64,000 bases of DNA from a virus. Its lineage: Duplodnaviria; Caudoviricetes. Every line of letters starts with the position of its first letter. The stretch's first letter is position 1. The notes beneath the pieces are model-generated. The model was not told the DNA's origin and did not search any database. It worked only from the letters and a program-made list of their open reading frames with translations. Made by a program: the position numbers and the translations under genes. Of the stretch, positions 16,392-25,151 are shown piece after piece. The stretch lies in the IMG/VR virus record IMGVR_UViG_3300005440_000008, positions 40,034-104,033 of that record; one strand, given 5' to 3'.

Positions 16392-18511
16392 CCGACGAGG
16401 ACCCCCCCGCCGACGAGGCGCGTGGCGTCAGGCCGCGCCCACGTATAGTCACCCCCAGAGATCAACCGTTGCCGACCGCTCGGGCTGATCGCCAGGTCCA
16501 CCGGGTCCGCCCACAGCTCGGTGACGCTCGGAATGGCGACCGCGATGCGGACGCGGACGGGGCCGGGCTCTTGCGGCGTGAAGGTCACGCTGATCGTCTG
16601 GGGCGTCCCGGCGGTGTTGCCCGCTAGCTCCCAGGTGGCGGACGACGATGGCCAGTTGGCGGCCGTCCCTAGAAAACCGACGCGGCTGGTCGCCATCGCG
16701 GCGTTCGTCTGGCCAGCCGTGTTCTTGTACACAGCTTCCAACCAGATGTCGCTGTTTTTGAGCAACGTCGCGCTGTCGATGTAGACTTCTACGTTGACCG
16801 TGACGGGGCTCCCGACCTGATCTTGCTGGAAGACCATCCACGGGCAGTAGAGCGGCGTGGTCAAGCTGACACCCGCGCCGGACTGGATCAGCCACGAGGT
16901 CGGCGTCGTTCCGTCCGCCGACGCGCCCCCGGTTCGGTAGACGTTGGGGTCGAGGTCGCTGACGGTTCCTTCGTAGGAACGGCGGTACATGTTGTTCGCG
17001 CCGCCCAACCCCTGACAGTTGTCGAACCAGGCGACCACGCCGCCCGGGCCGCTCCCGCCGCCGAACAGCGTGACCGCCCCGTTGACGAGGCAGTCTTCAA
17101 ACTTGAACTCTCCCAAACCTGCCGCGTTCTGGAGGATGAATTTCCCTGACCCCCAGAGCGAAAGGTCCACCGCCCGGAAGAACGCGATGGTGGGGTTCGC
17201 GGCGGTGGCCTTCATCGCGCCGCCTGGCGTCGTGCTCGTGATGAAACTACCGCCCTCCATGATGAGGCGCAGCTGGCCGAGCGTGAGCGAGGCGTTCGCG
17301 TGACCCGGCAACCGTATCGTCGTGTCCTTGAGGAACAACTGGCAATCGTCCGAGGATGTGCCCGTGGGACCGAAGGCGATCACCGCGCCCGATCCTGTAG
17401 CCGGATTGCGGAGCGAACAGTTGTCGAAGTAGAGCGCCCAAGGCGTGGTCGCGGTGAGCGTCATCGCGTTTGAGCCCGACCCCGTGCTCGACGAGAAGAT
17501 GATGCCGTAGAAGTAGCAGGACCCAGACGTCCAGGTGATGCTGAACGCGCCCGTCGTCGTGACCGTCGCCGTGATCGCAAGGACGGTCGGCGTCGCGGGA
17601 TCGCCGGTGTCGTCCACGCAGATCACGCGGGTCAGGTTCCCCACCGTGCCGCTAGGAGCGAGGGCCATTCCGGACGCCTGCGTCTCGGCGTGGTTGTCCG
17701 AAACGTAAATCGTATCGCCCGCTGATTCGTCCGCGAACGCGCCGACCAGCGTGGCGTTCGCCAACGCCCAGGTGGTCCCGTTGTCCGCGTCGCTCCCGTC
17801 CCCGCTGCGGAGATACTGGACCGCGCCCATCAGCGGGACCGCGTCGGCGAGTGAGCTGAGCGCCATCTGGCCGAGCAGCGAGAGCGCGGCGAGCCCGGCG
17901 ACGCGACGAAGCTGCGCCTGCCTGCGCGCCGCGAAGCGGGCGCGAGCGTGCCCCGCGCTAAGGTAGTGGACCCCCGCAGGGGTTTTGCGAACGGCGGGGC
18001 TGACATAGGGAATGCCGAGCTTCATGCAGAGTTGCTGAGTCCGCTGCGCCCGCTCGATGAACGCGAAGCCTTCCGCGAGCGCCCAGGTGAGCGCCTGGAG
18101 CCGATCCCCGCCGCACGCCTGGTTCGCGACGGCCTGGAGCCGGTCGGGGACTTCCGGGAGGACGGTCAGCGACGCGCTGGAGTTCTGCCAGTACCACTGC
18201 GCGCCCTGGAGCTTCATCGGTGGGGCCGCTTCTCCGCGCGCCGCCTTGCCTTCGACTTCGCAGAGCCCTTCCGAGAGCGCCCATGCCCAAATGTTCGTCC
18301 GCTTGACGTTGGGCCGCTTGTGCCGCGCTTCCCCCTGCGCCCGCCACGCGACTTCTCCGGCGACGGCTCCCGCGAGGCGCTCGCTCAGTCGCTCGATCCG
18401 CGCGAGCGCGGGTCCGATGACGAGATGATGACCGAGCGTGGTTAGTTCCCACTTGATCTTGTGACGCTTGCGCCAATCCACGCGGTCGGAGTCGAGGCAG
18501 GACAGGTTCAC
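16388..18511 (-). CDS. Beta-helix-like spike/fibre protein with an unusual N-terminal extension
   Basis: From aa ~228, YLRSGDGSDADNGTTWALA..TL...AGDTIYV is a typical parallel beta-helix entry motif; start position uncertain (alternative ATG at 17830). Confidence 0.6.
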   Translation of the reverse strand: MNLSCLDSDRVDWRKRHKIKWELTTLGHHLVIGPALARIERLSERLAGAVAGEVAWRAQGEARHKRPNVKRTNIWAWALSEGLCEVEGKAARGEAAPPMKLQGAQWYWQNSSASLTVLPEVPDRLQAVANQACGGDRLQALTWALAEGFAFIERAQRTQQLCMKLGIPYVSPAVRKTPAGVHYLSAGHARARFAARRQAQLRRVAGLAALSLLGQMALSSLADAVPLMGAVQYLRSGDGSDADNGTTWALANATLVGAFADESAGDTIYVSDNHAETQASGMALAPSGTVGNLTRVICVDDTGDPATPTVLAITATVTTTGAFSITWTSGSCYFYGIIFSSSTGSGSNAMTLTATTPWALYFDNCSLRNPATGSGAVIAFGPTGTSSDDCQLFLKDTTIRLPGHANASLTLGQLRLIMEGGSFITSTTPGGAMKATAANPTIAFFRAVDLSLWGSGKFILQNAAGLGEFKFEDCLVNGAVTLFGGGSGPGGVVAWFDNCQGLGGANNMYRRSYEGTVSDLDPNVYRTGGASADGTTPTSWLIQSGAGVSLTTPLYCPWMVFQQDQVGSPVTVNVEVYIDSATLLKNSDIWLEAVYKNTAGQTNAAMATSRVGFLGTAANWPSSSATWELAGNTAGTPQTISVTFTPQEPGPVRVRIAVAIPSVTELWADPVDLAISPSGRQRLISGGDYTWARPDATRLVGGGVLVG

Positions 18512-18514
18512 GAC

Positions 18515-18970
18515 CTACTCCCCCACCGCCGCGACCAGCGCGGTCCACTGGGACGCCTTGGCCTGGAGTCGCGTCCTGAGCGACGTGAGGGCGGCTCCGC
18601 TGACGCCGAAGAGCGTCCCGAGTTGGTTGTTGGTCAGCGTGTTCAAGAAGGCTCCGAGCGCGCACGCCTGCTCCCGTGTCGCCGTCCGGTACGCCTCGCG
18701 CAGCGCATCGCGGACCTCCGCGATGGTCACGTGATTGGTGGTGACGACGGCCTGGTCTCCTGCCGCGTAGATGGATCGAAGGTCCTCGGCCAGCTCCTCG
18801 CGGGCGAGCCAGCCGATGACAATGGTGATCCGGGCGGCCAAGTTCGCGTCCGAGGCCAACGCCTCGATGTCCCGCTGCTGACCCAGGTGGTCGGTGTGCC
18901 GCTCGCGGTTGACGACCACGCCATTGGCGAGCCGCCGCGTTGACACCACCACCGAGGATACGATGGGCAT
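18515..18970 (-). CDS. Hypothetical protein (possible fibre chaperone)
   Basis: Start MPIVSSVVV, 151 aa, tightly packed. Confidence 0.5.
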   Translation of the reverse strand: MPIVSSVVVSTRRLANGVVVNRERHTDHLGQQRDIEALASDANLAARITIVIGWLAREELAEDLRSIYAAGDQAVVTTNHVTIAEVRDALREAYRTATREQACALGAFLNTLTNNQLGTLFGVSGAALTSLRTRLQAKASQWTALVAAVGE

Positions 18971-18972
18971 GC

Positions 18973-20181
18973 TTACGCGTCCTGGAGCACCGTCTCGACT
19001 GAGTCCCAGGACGGGATGCCCGGCGGGGTCACGTCCGCCGACGAGCGCAGGGGACGGTAGGCGAACACGGCCCCCTGGACCCGATGCACGACGATCAGGA
19101 GGTCGTCCTGGATCGAGTAGCCGCCGCGGTTGTAGGTGCCGTTCCACCCCACTCCGGCAACCTCTGGCGAGTCCGGCGTCACGCCCTCCGTCGGCGCGAT
19201 GTCGGTGATGGCGAACGTGTCGGGGTTCATTGAGTAGAGCGTGCGGCCTCCGGAGGGGTGGATCCAGTACACCCCGCTTATCGGATCGCGGACCACGAGG
19301 GGCGCGTTCCCGAGCGAATATTGCGCGTTGTACGGCGCGGCGAGCGCCTGCACGCGCCGCTGGTACTTCCCGCTCGGGAGCGCGTCCCAGACGATGCAGT
19401 TGACCGAGGCCGAGAACGGGCCGAAGCCGACGACGCGATCCCGGACAGGATCGTGGAGCAGGCTCATGTAGATGTACTGGTTGCTGTTCTCCTGCCCGTC
19501 GTCGATGATCTTGGCCTTCTGACCGGGCGGCAGGCGGTGGTCGTAGCTCCGCAGCCGCCCGTTGCTGCAATAGATGACGCGATCGTGGAGCGTGTCGAGG
19601 CAGGCCGAGCATGCCGTGTGCGGAGTGGTCCCGCCCGGCCAACCCAGCATGAAGCTGTCGCCCGCCGCGCAAATGCCGGTGACCGCGTCGGTCTCCCACG
19701 AGAGCGCGCCGCAGCCCGAGCCGTCGTACCAACGCACCCCGCCGAACTGGATGATCTTGCCGGCGTGGTACACCTGGCCCTGGTAGTTGTGCCGGCTCGC
19801 GTAGATCAGGTTCCCCGGCGGCCCGTAGAGCCCGGTCGGGTCCGAGTAGTACGGCAAGCTCGGCTGGGTCGGGTTGTAGCGCGACGGGATCAGGTCCACC
19901 GACGGGCCGCGCAGCATCCGCCAGAGCCCGTCGGCGAGCGTGAACGAGTCGGACTCGTTACTGGCGCTGCTCCCGTGGCCACCGCAGGCCGCAAGGTAGA
20001 GCTTCCCCGCGACCGGGTCCATCGCGCCGCCGCACCAGTCGAAGACCTTCTCCGCCTGGTTGACCCCCTTGACGGCGGTGATCGTCTTGCCGGTGCCGGG
20101 CTGTCGCCAAAGGGTCGCGCCGACGCTTTGGCCCGGCTGCGAGACAACGCCCCACTGGCCTGCGGTGACCGGAAGGGTCAT
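18973..20181 (-). CDS. Kelch-like beta-propeller protein with conserved C-terminal DxxPPxxPxW strand
   Basis: LYLAACGGH, SRHNYQG, IIQFGG, YD/HDP blade motifs; ends ADVTPPGIPSWDSVETVLQDA. Confidence 0.7.
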   Translation of the reverse strand: MTLPVTAGQWGVVSQPGQSVGATLWRQPGTGKTITAVKGVNQAEKVFDWCGGAMDPVAGKLYLAACGGHGSSASNESDSFTLADGLWRMLRGPSVDLIPSRYNPTQPSLPYYSDPTGLYGPPGNLIYASRHNYQGQVYHAGKIIQFGGVRWYDGSGCGALSWETDAVTGICAAGDSFMLGWPGGTTPHTACSACLDTLHDRVIYCSNGRLRSYDHRLPPGQKAKIIDDGQENSNQYIYMSLLHDPVRDRVVGFGPFSASVNCIVWDALPSGKYQRRVQALAAPYNAQYSLGNAPLVVRDPISGVYWIHPSGGRTLYSMNPDTFAITDIAPTEGVTPDSPEVAGVGWNGTYNRGGYSIQDDLLIVVHRVQGAVFAYRPLRSSADVTPPGIPSWDSVETVLQDA

Positions 20182-20183
20182 CG

Positions 20184-20507
20184 CTAGTTGTCCTGGAAGA
20201 CCCCGACGATGGAATCCCACTGCGGCATATCCGGCGGGATCAGGTCCACCGACGGGACGGTGACATCGCGCTCGGCCGGGAGACTCGCGTTGCCGGCCGC
20301 GTCGACCGCGACCAGCCCGAGCCGGACCACGTAGGCGGCCTCGGTCGTCGGGAGCGGATCGTAGGTGAAGCTCGCCTTGCCGTCCGCACCCTTGGGCCGC
20401 TCGCCCTTGAGGTCGCCGTCGAGGAGAAAACGGAAGAGGGCCGTGTCGGTGTCGGCCGCGCCGAGCGCCGCGAGAGCGTTAGCGGTAATGACAAAGACCT
20501 TGGCCAT
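20184..20507 (-). CDS. Single Fn3-like domain, apparently circularly permuted
   Basis: Fn3 hallmark LVAVDAAGNAS; ends VDLIPPDMPQWDSIVGVFQDN. Confidence 0.7.
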   Translation of the reverse strand: MAKVFVITANALAALGAADTDTALFRFLLDGDLKGERPKGADGKASFTYDPLPTTEAAYVVRLGLVAVDAAGNASLPAERDVTVPSVDLIPPDMPQWDSIVGVFQDN

Positions 20508-20510
20508 TGA

Positions 20511-22889
20511 TTAGCCCTCCAGGTGGGCCTCCACCAACTCCCAGGTCGGAGCCAACGGAGGCGTGGTGTCGGCCGGTGGTGTGGTGGTCAGCGGGACGAC
20601 GCGCGTATTCCAGCGGATGTAATAGATGATCGCGGCGCACTCGGCATCGGTGAGATTGCGCGGGTAGCCGCTGCCCGCGCCCGCGCGAAGGAAGGCCGCG
20701 AGATCGCCGTCACGCAACTCGGCCAGGTCATCGAAGTTGGGGAGACCGAGGTGTCCCTGCCCGTCCTCGCCGTGGGTCAAGGCAAAGGCCGGGTACGGGT
20801 CGGCGGCTCGCCCTTGCCACAGACCCTTCCCGGTCTGATACAGGCTCTTGTTCACGGCCGGATCTGTCGGGAGCCGGCGCGTCTGCACCCAGAGCCCCTG
20901 CATCGTGCCGGTGCCGACGATATACACGCGGCCCATCCCTGACGCGACCATCGTCGGGTAGTGGCAGCTCGTGAGGTTCCGGTTACTCCCTTCGACCAGG
21001 AATCGGTCTAGGCTGCTGGTGTTCGGGAAGAAGCTCCCGAGCCAGGCCGTCATGTCCTTTGAGTAGATCCGCGCCGAGTCCTGTGTCCACTGGGTGGTGC
21101 GGATGCAGTCTTTCGGCCCGCACGTGCCGTCCCAGTTGATGTCGATGCAGATGTCCCGCGTGTTGAAGCCGGTGGCGAACGTCGGGAGCTTGCCGAGGAA
21201 GCGGCCGGTCTGGGTGCGGAAATCCCACTTGAACAGGCCGTCCAGGTAGCGGCAGGAAAAGATCAGGTTGCCCTCGGAGTCAAAGCGGACGCTCTGGGGG
21301 AAGGCGAAGCCGAACGTGCCCCGGCCGCCGTCGCGCCGGAACCGGGTGAGCAGGGCGTCCTGGGAGAAGGACGACCGGCCCATGCCGCGCCCGTTCACCC
21401 GGACATCGGGATGTTCGAGGGTGATCGAGGCGTCGGCCGTCGCGGACTGAATCCGGTCCATCACCACGCCCGTCTTCGCGTCGATCAGCAGGATCGCGTG
21501 GTGCATGAAGAGCGGGAGCCACATCTCGTCGGTGTTCCAGATGCGGCAGGGATCCCAGGGCTCCGACCCGTGGTCGAGCGGCGTGAACATCGTGATCTCG
21601 GGCGGGCGCCCCGGGGCCTCGTGGCACGGCCGGTGGTTCGCCTTCTGGATGCAGTAGCCGAGGGTGTTGCTGATGAGGTGTTCCTCGTGATGCACGTCGG
21701 CGGCCGGCGTCGGGTAGGGGCCGAACGGGACCGCACCCCACGGCTCGATCAGCTTCGGCCGGAAGTCCCCCACGGTCTGCATCTGGCCCTCGCGCACAGG
21801 CCCCCAGGTGTCCGGCCCCGGGAAGTAGCCGGTCGTCCGCGACGAGGTGGGATGCGCGGTGAAATCATCCTCGGCCCGCAGGCGACGACCGGCGACCGTC
21901 GAGAGCCGCCCATCGAAGCGGTGGGCGAACGCGAGGCGCCCGTTCGTGCAGGTGATGAAACAACCGCCCGCCCTGGCCGGGTTCTCGTGCCGCGCGACCC
22001 AGCCCGACCAGCCGTGCCCGAGTTGGCCGCTTCCGCGAGGGCCGTCCACGAGCGGCACCCCGTCGAGCGGGCTCAGGACTGACGGGTCGGGCGGGATGAC
22101 GTTGCTGTGCACCCCCTGGAAGTAGTCGTACTGCTCCTTCCCGGTGATGACGATGCGCGGGGTGCCCGGGCGCTTCTTGCTCTCGATGACGCCGATCCGG
22201 CGCGCCATCGCCTTGGTGGACACGCTGCCAAGGCGGGTGTAGTGGAAGAAGTCCTTGGCCGCCTCCGTCGTGTAGAACGGAATCGTCGTGTACGGCTGCG
22301 CGGTGGGGCGCAGCTCGTCCGGTCCGGGGCGGAACGGCACCACCACCCGGCGGTTGATGGGCTCGCCCGGGTGCCAGATCATCGCCGGCATCTGGCCATT
22401 GACGACGTACCAGATCCCGTCCCACTTCGTCGGTCCGGCCCAGCACCAGCCCGCCTGGGTGAGCGGCAACGGCTCGCCCGTCGTGAACTTGCAGGTCGCC
22501 GCCCAGAAGTTGTCGGTCAGAGGGCCGCCCGTGAAGCGGGCCCAGAGGACGTGCTGAAGGGTCGGGCCCGTGCGCGGGAGTACCTGGCGATCAGTCACGC
22601 ACCAGCGGTCAGCGGTGCGGGGGGTCATCTGGGCCACGGCGAGGGCGTCGAGGTCGATCTGGAAGCGGTAGGGCGGCGCCAGGATCGGCGAGCCGAGCGG
22701 CTGGTCGTCGAGGAAGAACTGGACGGTCGGCCAGGGGCTCATCGTGACGGCCGCCCCGCTCTCGGTCAACCACTGGAACTCGAACGAGAACAAGCCCGAC
22801 AGGTCGTGGACGTGCTCCCCCCGGTAGTAGCGGGAGCCGAGCGTATTGTCGCCCTCGGCGGGAGTCTTGACGACGAGGTAGTGACGCAT
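20511..22889 (-). CDS. Ig-like plus NHL-type beta-propeller protein with conserved C-terminal strand
   Basis: VQFFLDDQPLG..PPYRF (Ig-like); DGPRG, LIEPWG, FAFPQSVRFDSEGNL (NHL-like); ends ADTTPPLAPTWELVEAHLEG. Confidence 0.65.
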   Translation of the reverse strand: MRHYLVVKTPAEGDNTLGSRYYRGEHVHDLSGLFSFEFQWLTESGAAVTMSPWPTVQFFLDDQPLGSPILAPPYRFQIDLDALAVAQMTPRTADRWCVTDRQVLPRTGPTLQHVLWARFTGGPLTDNFWAATCKFTTGEPLPLTQAGWCWAGPTKWDGIWYVVNGQMPAMIWHPGEPINRRVVVPFRPGPDELRPTAQPYTTIPFYTTEAAKDFFHYTRLGSVSTKAMARRIGVIESKKRPGTPRIVITGKEQYDYFQGVHSNVIPPDPSVLSPLDGVPLVDGPRGSGQLGHGWSGWVARHENPARAGGCFITCTNGRLAFAHRFDGRLSTVAGRRLRAEDDFTAHPTSSRTTGYFPGPDTWGPVREGQMQTVGDFRPKLIEPWGAVPFGPYPTPAADVHHEEHLISNTLGYCIQKANHRPCHEAPGRPPEITMFTPLDHGSEPWDPCRIWNTDEMWLPLFMHHAILLIDAKTGVVMDRIQSATADASITLEHPDVRVNGRGMGRSSFSQDALLTRFRRDGGRGTFGFAFPQSVRFDSEGNLIFSCRYLDGLFKWDFRTQTGRFLGKLPTFATGFNTRDICIDINWDGTCGPKDCIRTTQWTQDSARIYSKDMTAWLGSFFPNTSSLDRFLVEGSNRNLTSCHYPTMVASGMGRVYIVGTGTMQGLWVQTRRLPTDPAVNKSLYQTGKGLWQGRAADPYPAFALTHGEDGQGHLGLPNFDDLAELRDGDLAAFLRAGAGSGYPRNLTDAECAAIIYYIRWNTRVVPLTTTPPADTTPPLAPTWELVEAHLEG

Positions 22890-22935
22890 GGTCAGTCTCT
22901 CGTGAGCTCGATCAGGATGCCGAGGGCGAAATGAA

Positions 22936-23508
22936 TCATCCGAGTCGCTCCTGGTTCCCGAGCCGCACATAGCGCTCGGGCCCGCTCGTCCAGTGGGGCT
23001 CCCCCTGGGTGCGGACGGTCTCGTACATCTGGAAGCGCCGCCACCGCTCGAGGTTCTTGAGGATCATCAGCTCGAGGAACACGAGGTCCGCGGTCGCCTG
23101 GTCCGCGCACAGGTGGGTCTGGTAGAGGAGATCGTGCCCCGCCCCTTCCTTGTTGCAGATCCCGCCGAAGCACAGGTAGACGAGCGGCAGCCGGGGTGTC
23201 GAGGCGAGATCCGTCACGAAGCCGATGGGGAAATTGACGCGCGCCCGCAGGACCGCGCTATCGAAGGCGAGCTCGCCCATGATCTCCCACGTTTTGTCCG
23301 GAACCACCTCGCCCACCACGAAGCGGCCATGCCACGCCGGCTCGATCGCGGTCTCGCGCAGGTTGGTGAACCCGGTCGGCCACTCCGCGAGGGCGCCATA
23401 CTCGGCCATCATCTTCGCGTCCCGCTCGGCCGGGGTCGTCCAGCCGAAGACGAGGCCGGTGCGCTCACCGCGGCGCGCGTCCTGGTAGGTGAAGATCGCC
23501 GTCGTCAT
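22936..23508 (-). CDS. DUF1353-domain protein
   Basis: PIGFVTDLASTPR...HDLLY...ADLVFLE motif. Confidence 0.8.
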   Translation of the reverse strand: MTTAIFTYQDARRGERTGLVFGWTTPAERDAKMMAEYGALAEWPTGFTNLRETAIEPAWHGRFVVGEVVPDKTWEIMGELAFDSAVLRARVNFPIGFVTDLASTPRLPLVYLCFGGICNKEGAGHDLLYQTHLCADQATADLVFLELMILKNLERWRRFQMYETVRTQGEPHWTSGPERYVRLGNQERLG

Positions 23509-24182
23509 TGCCTCGCCGGCAGCCCCTCTAGCGCGGGCGGCACCGCCTTCCCACACGTCGGCTCGAGGGACTTCAAGTTGGCGTAGTTGGCGACCTCGCC
23601 GGCGAGCTCCTGCAGCGCCGGCGCGTTCCCCGGCCCGATGGCGCGGAGGCGGTCCGCGATGTGCTGCGGGTTCAGCATCAACAGATGCTCGGTCACGCGC
23701 GCGTCGATCGTGGCGAGATCTCGCCGGAGACACAGCGCCTCGGTGTCCAGGGAGCTGTTCGCCCAGACCATGCGCTCGTCGCTGTGGCCGACCACGGTGA
23801 TGGTCAGGAGCGCCGCGCGCATATAGATCGTCGCCTTGGGCTCGTTCTGCATCACCGCGGCCGTGCCCGCCGCGAGCCCGCCCCCGATGGGGATCAGCTG
23901 CATGGCGATGGACGTCGGCGCAAAGAAGCTGAGCGCCGCCATCGCGGCGACCGACACGCCCGCGGTCAGCGCCCCCGCGTAGAGCGCGTCCCGGTTGATC
24001 CGGCCGCTGACCAGGTAGCCGTCGATCTGCTGGTAGGCCAGCTCCTTCACGTCGGTGTAGGAGGGCCGCAGGACGTCGGTGCGCTGGGTCATGGCCGCGG
24101 GCGGGACCACGCGGGGCACGTGGCCGAGGCTCGTACAGCCGGTCAGCAGGACCGCCAGAAGAACGAGAAGGGGGCGGCGCAT
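23505..24182 (-). CDS. Lipoprotein
   Basis: MRRPLLVLLAVLLTGC lipobox plus an internal hydrophobic hairpin. Confidence 0.75.
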   Translation of the reverse strand: MRRPLLVLLAVLLTGCTSLGHVPRVVPPAAMTQRTDVLRPSYTDVKELAYQQIDGYLVSGRINRDALYAGALTAGVSVAAMAALSFFAPTSIAMQLIPIGGGLAAGTAAVMQNEPKATIYMRAALLTITVVGHSDERMVWANSSLDTEALCLRRDLATIDARVTEHLLMLNPQHIADRLRAIGPGNAPALQELAGEVANYANLKSLEPTCGKAVPPALEGLPARQ

Positions 24183-24185
24183 GGC

Positions 24186-24407
24186 CTATCCCTTCCCCGG
24201 CGGGATGAGCGGCGGAGTCGGGATGCTCCCCGCCAGCCAGAGCAGGACAATGAGGATCAGGATCACGGCGAGGCCCCAGCGGATCCAGCTGTTCCACGGC
24301 TCGGCGAACTTGGCCTTCTCGTGGAGCCAGAACAGGATTCCGCAGACGACGAGGAACAGGCCGATGTAGATGATCGCGTTGACGAGCGTGATCAGAGCGG
24401 GAGCCAT
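24186..24407 (-). CDS. Small two-TM membrane protein (holin candidate)
   Basis: 73 aa, two hydrophobic helices, AAGGAG SD. Confidence 0.6.
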   Translation of the reverse strand: MAPALITLVNAIIYIGLFLVVCGILFWLHEKAKFAEPWNSWIRWGLAVILILIVLLWLAGSIPTPPLIPPGKG

Positions 24408-24456
24408 GGATGACTCTCCTTTCCTCGAACGAGGGCGGCCGTCATCGCGCGCCCGA

Positions 24457-24654
24457 TCATCCTTTCAACCCGATGGGAGCCCGCTCGCTGTTGTCGACGC
24501 CCCGAAATCCGCGGAGGAGCTCGACCGCGTGGAAGCCCGGCACCGCGAAGAGGGCGTACCAGGGGGCGATCCCCTTGATCACGGCGTACCCCAGGAAGAA
24601 CGTGCCAACGAACAGGGGGGCCTGCTTGAGCGCGAGGAGGATCACGTCCTTCAT
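24457..24654 (-). CDS. Small membrane protein
   Basis: Start MKDVILLAL, ATGA overlap, hydrophobic. Confidence 0.5.
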   Translation of the reverse strand: MKDVILLALKQAPLFVGTFFLGYAVIKGIAPWYALFAVPGFHAVELLRGFRGVDNSERAPIGLKG

Positions 24655-25151
24655 TGCGGCCTCGGCTCTTTCGTGAGCACGAGGATCGGGACCTCGCGCA
24701 AGGCATAGCTCACGGTCTTGAGCGGGTTCACCCGCGCGTTGGCGACCCAGACGCGGAACAGGTACGGGCCCGGCGGGAGGTCCTCCGGGATGTAGGTTGG
24801 GAAGCTCCGCGCATAGCAGCCGACCTTGAGCTCGGAGAGGGCGCGCGTCTCGCCGAGCCGGTACTCGAGGCTGTTGCCGAACGAGCGGTACACCATCCCG
24901 GAGACCTGGCGGTGGTAGCAGAAATGCCGCCAGACCGCGGCGCGGGAACCCGCCGGCCAGGCCCGCACCTCCACCGGCTTGGGCTCGTTCGGCTCGCCGA
25001 CCCGGTGGAAGATCGGCGTCCCGATCTCCTCGAACGGCTGATCGAGGTCGAGGACGAGCCAGTAGAAGGCCAGGCACGAGAAGCCCACGATCAGCGTCAG
25101 GGCGACGTTGATGAGCGTGTTCTGGACGCGCGGCCACGTCGGCCAGATCAT
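24651..25151 (-). CDS. N-terminally membrane-anchored protein with beta-sandwich domain
   Basis: TM segment then IPEDLPPGPYLFRV Ig-like motif; ATGA overlap. Confidence 0.6.
   Translation of the reverse strand: MIWPTWPRVQNTLINVALTLIVGFSCLAFYWLVLDLDQPFEEIGTPIFHRVGEPNEPKPVEVRAWPAGSRAAVWRHFCYHRQVSGMVYRSFGNSLEYRLGETRALSELKVGCYARSFPTYIPEDLPPGPYLFRVWVANARVNPLKTVSYALREVPILVLTKEPRPQ

Noticed and set aside
18973-22889. Diversity-generating retroelement or shufflon explaining the shared 3' ends
   Set aside because: No reverse transcriptase or invertase; the similarity is mainly at protein level, not adenine-specific, and not inverted
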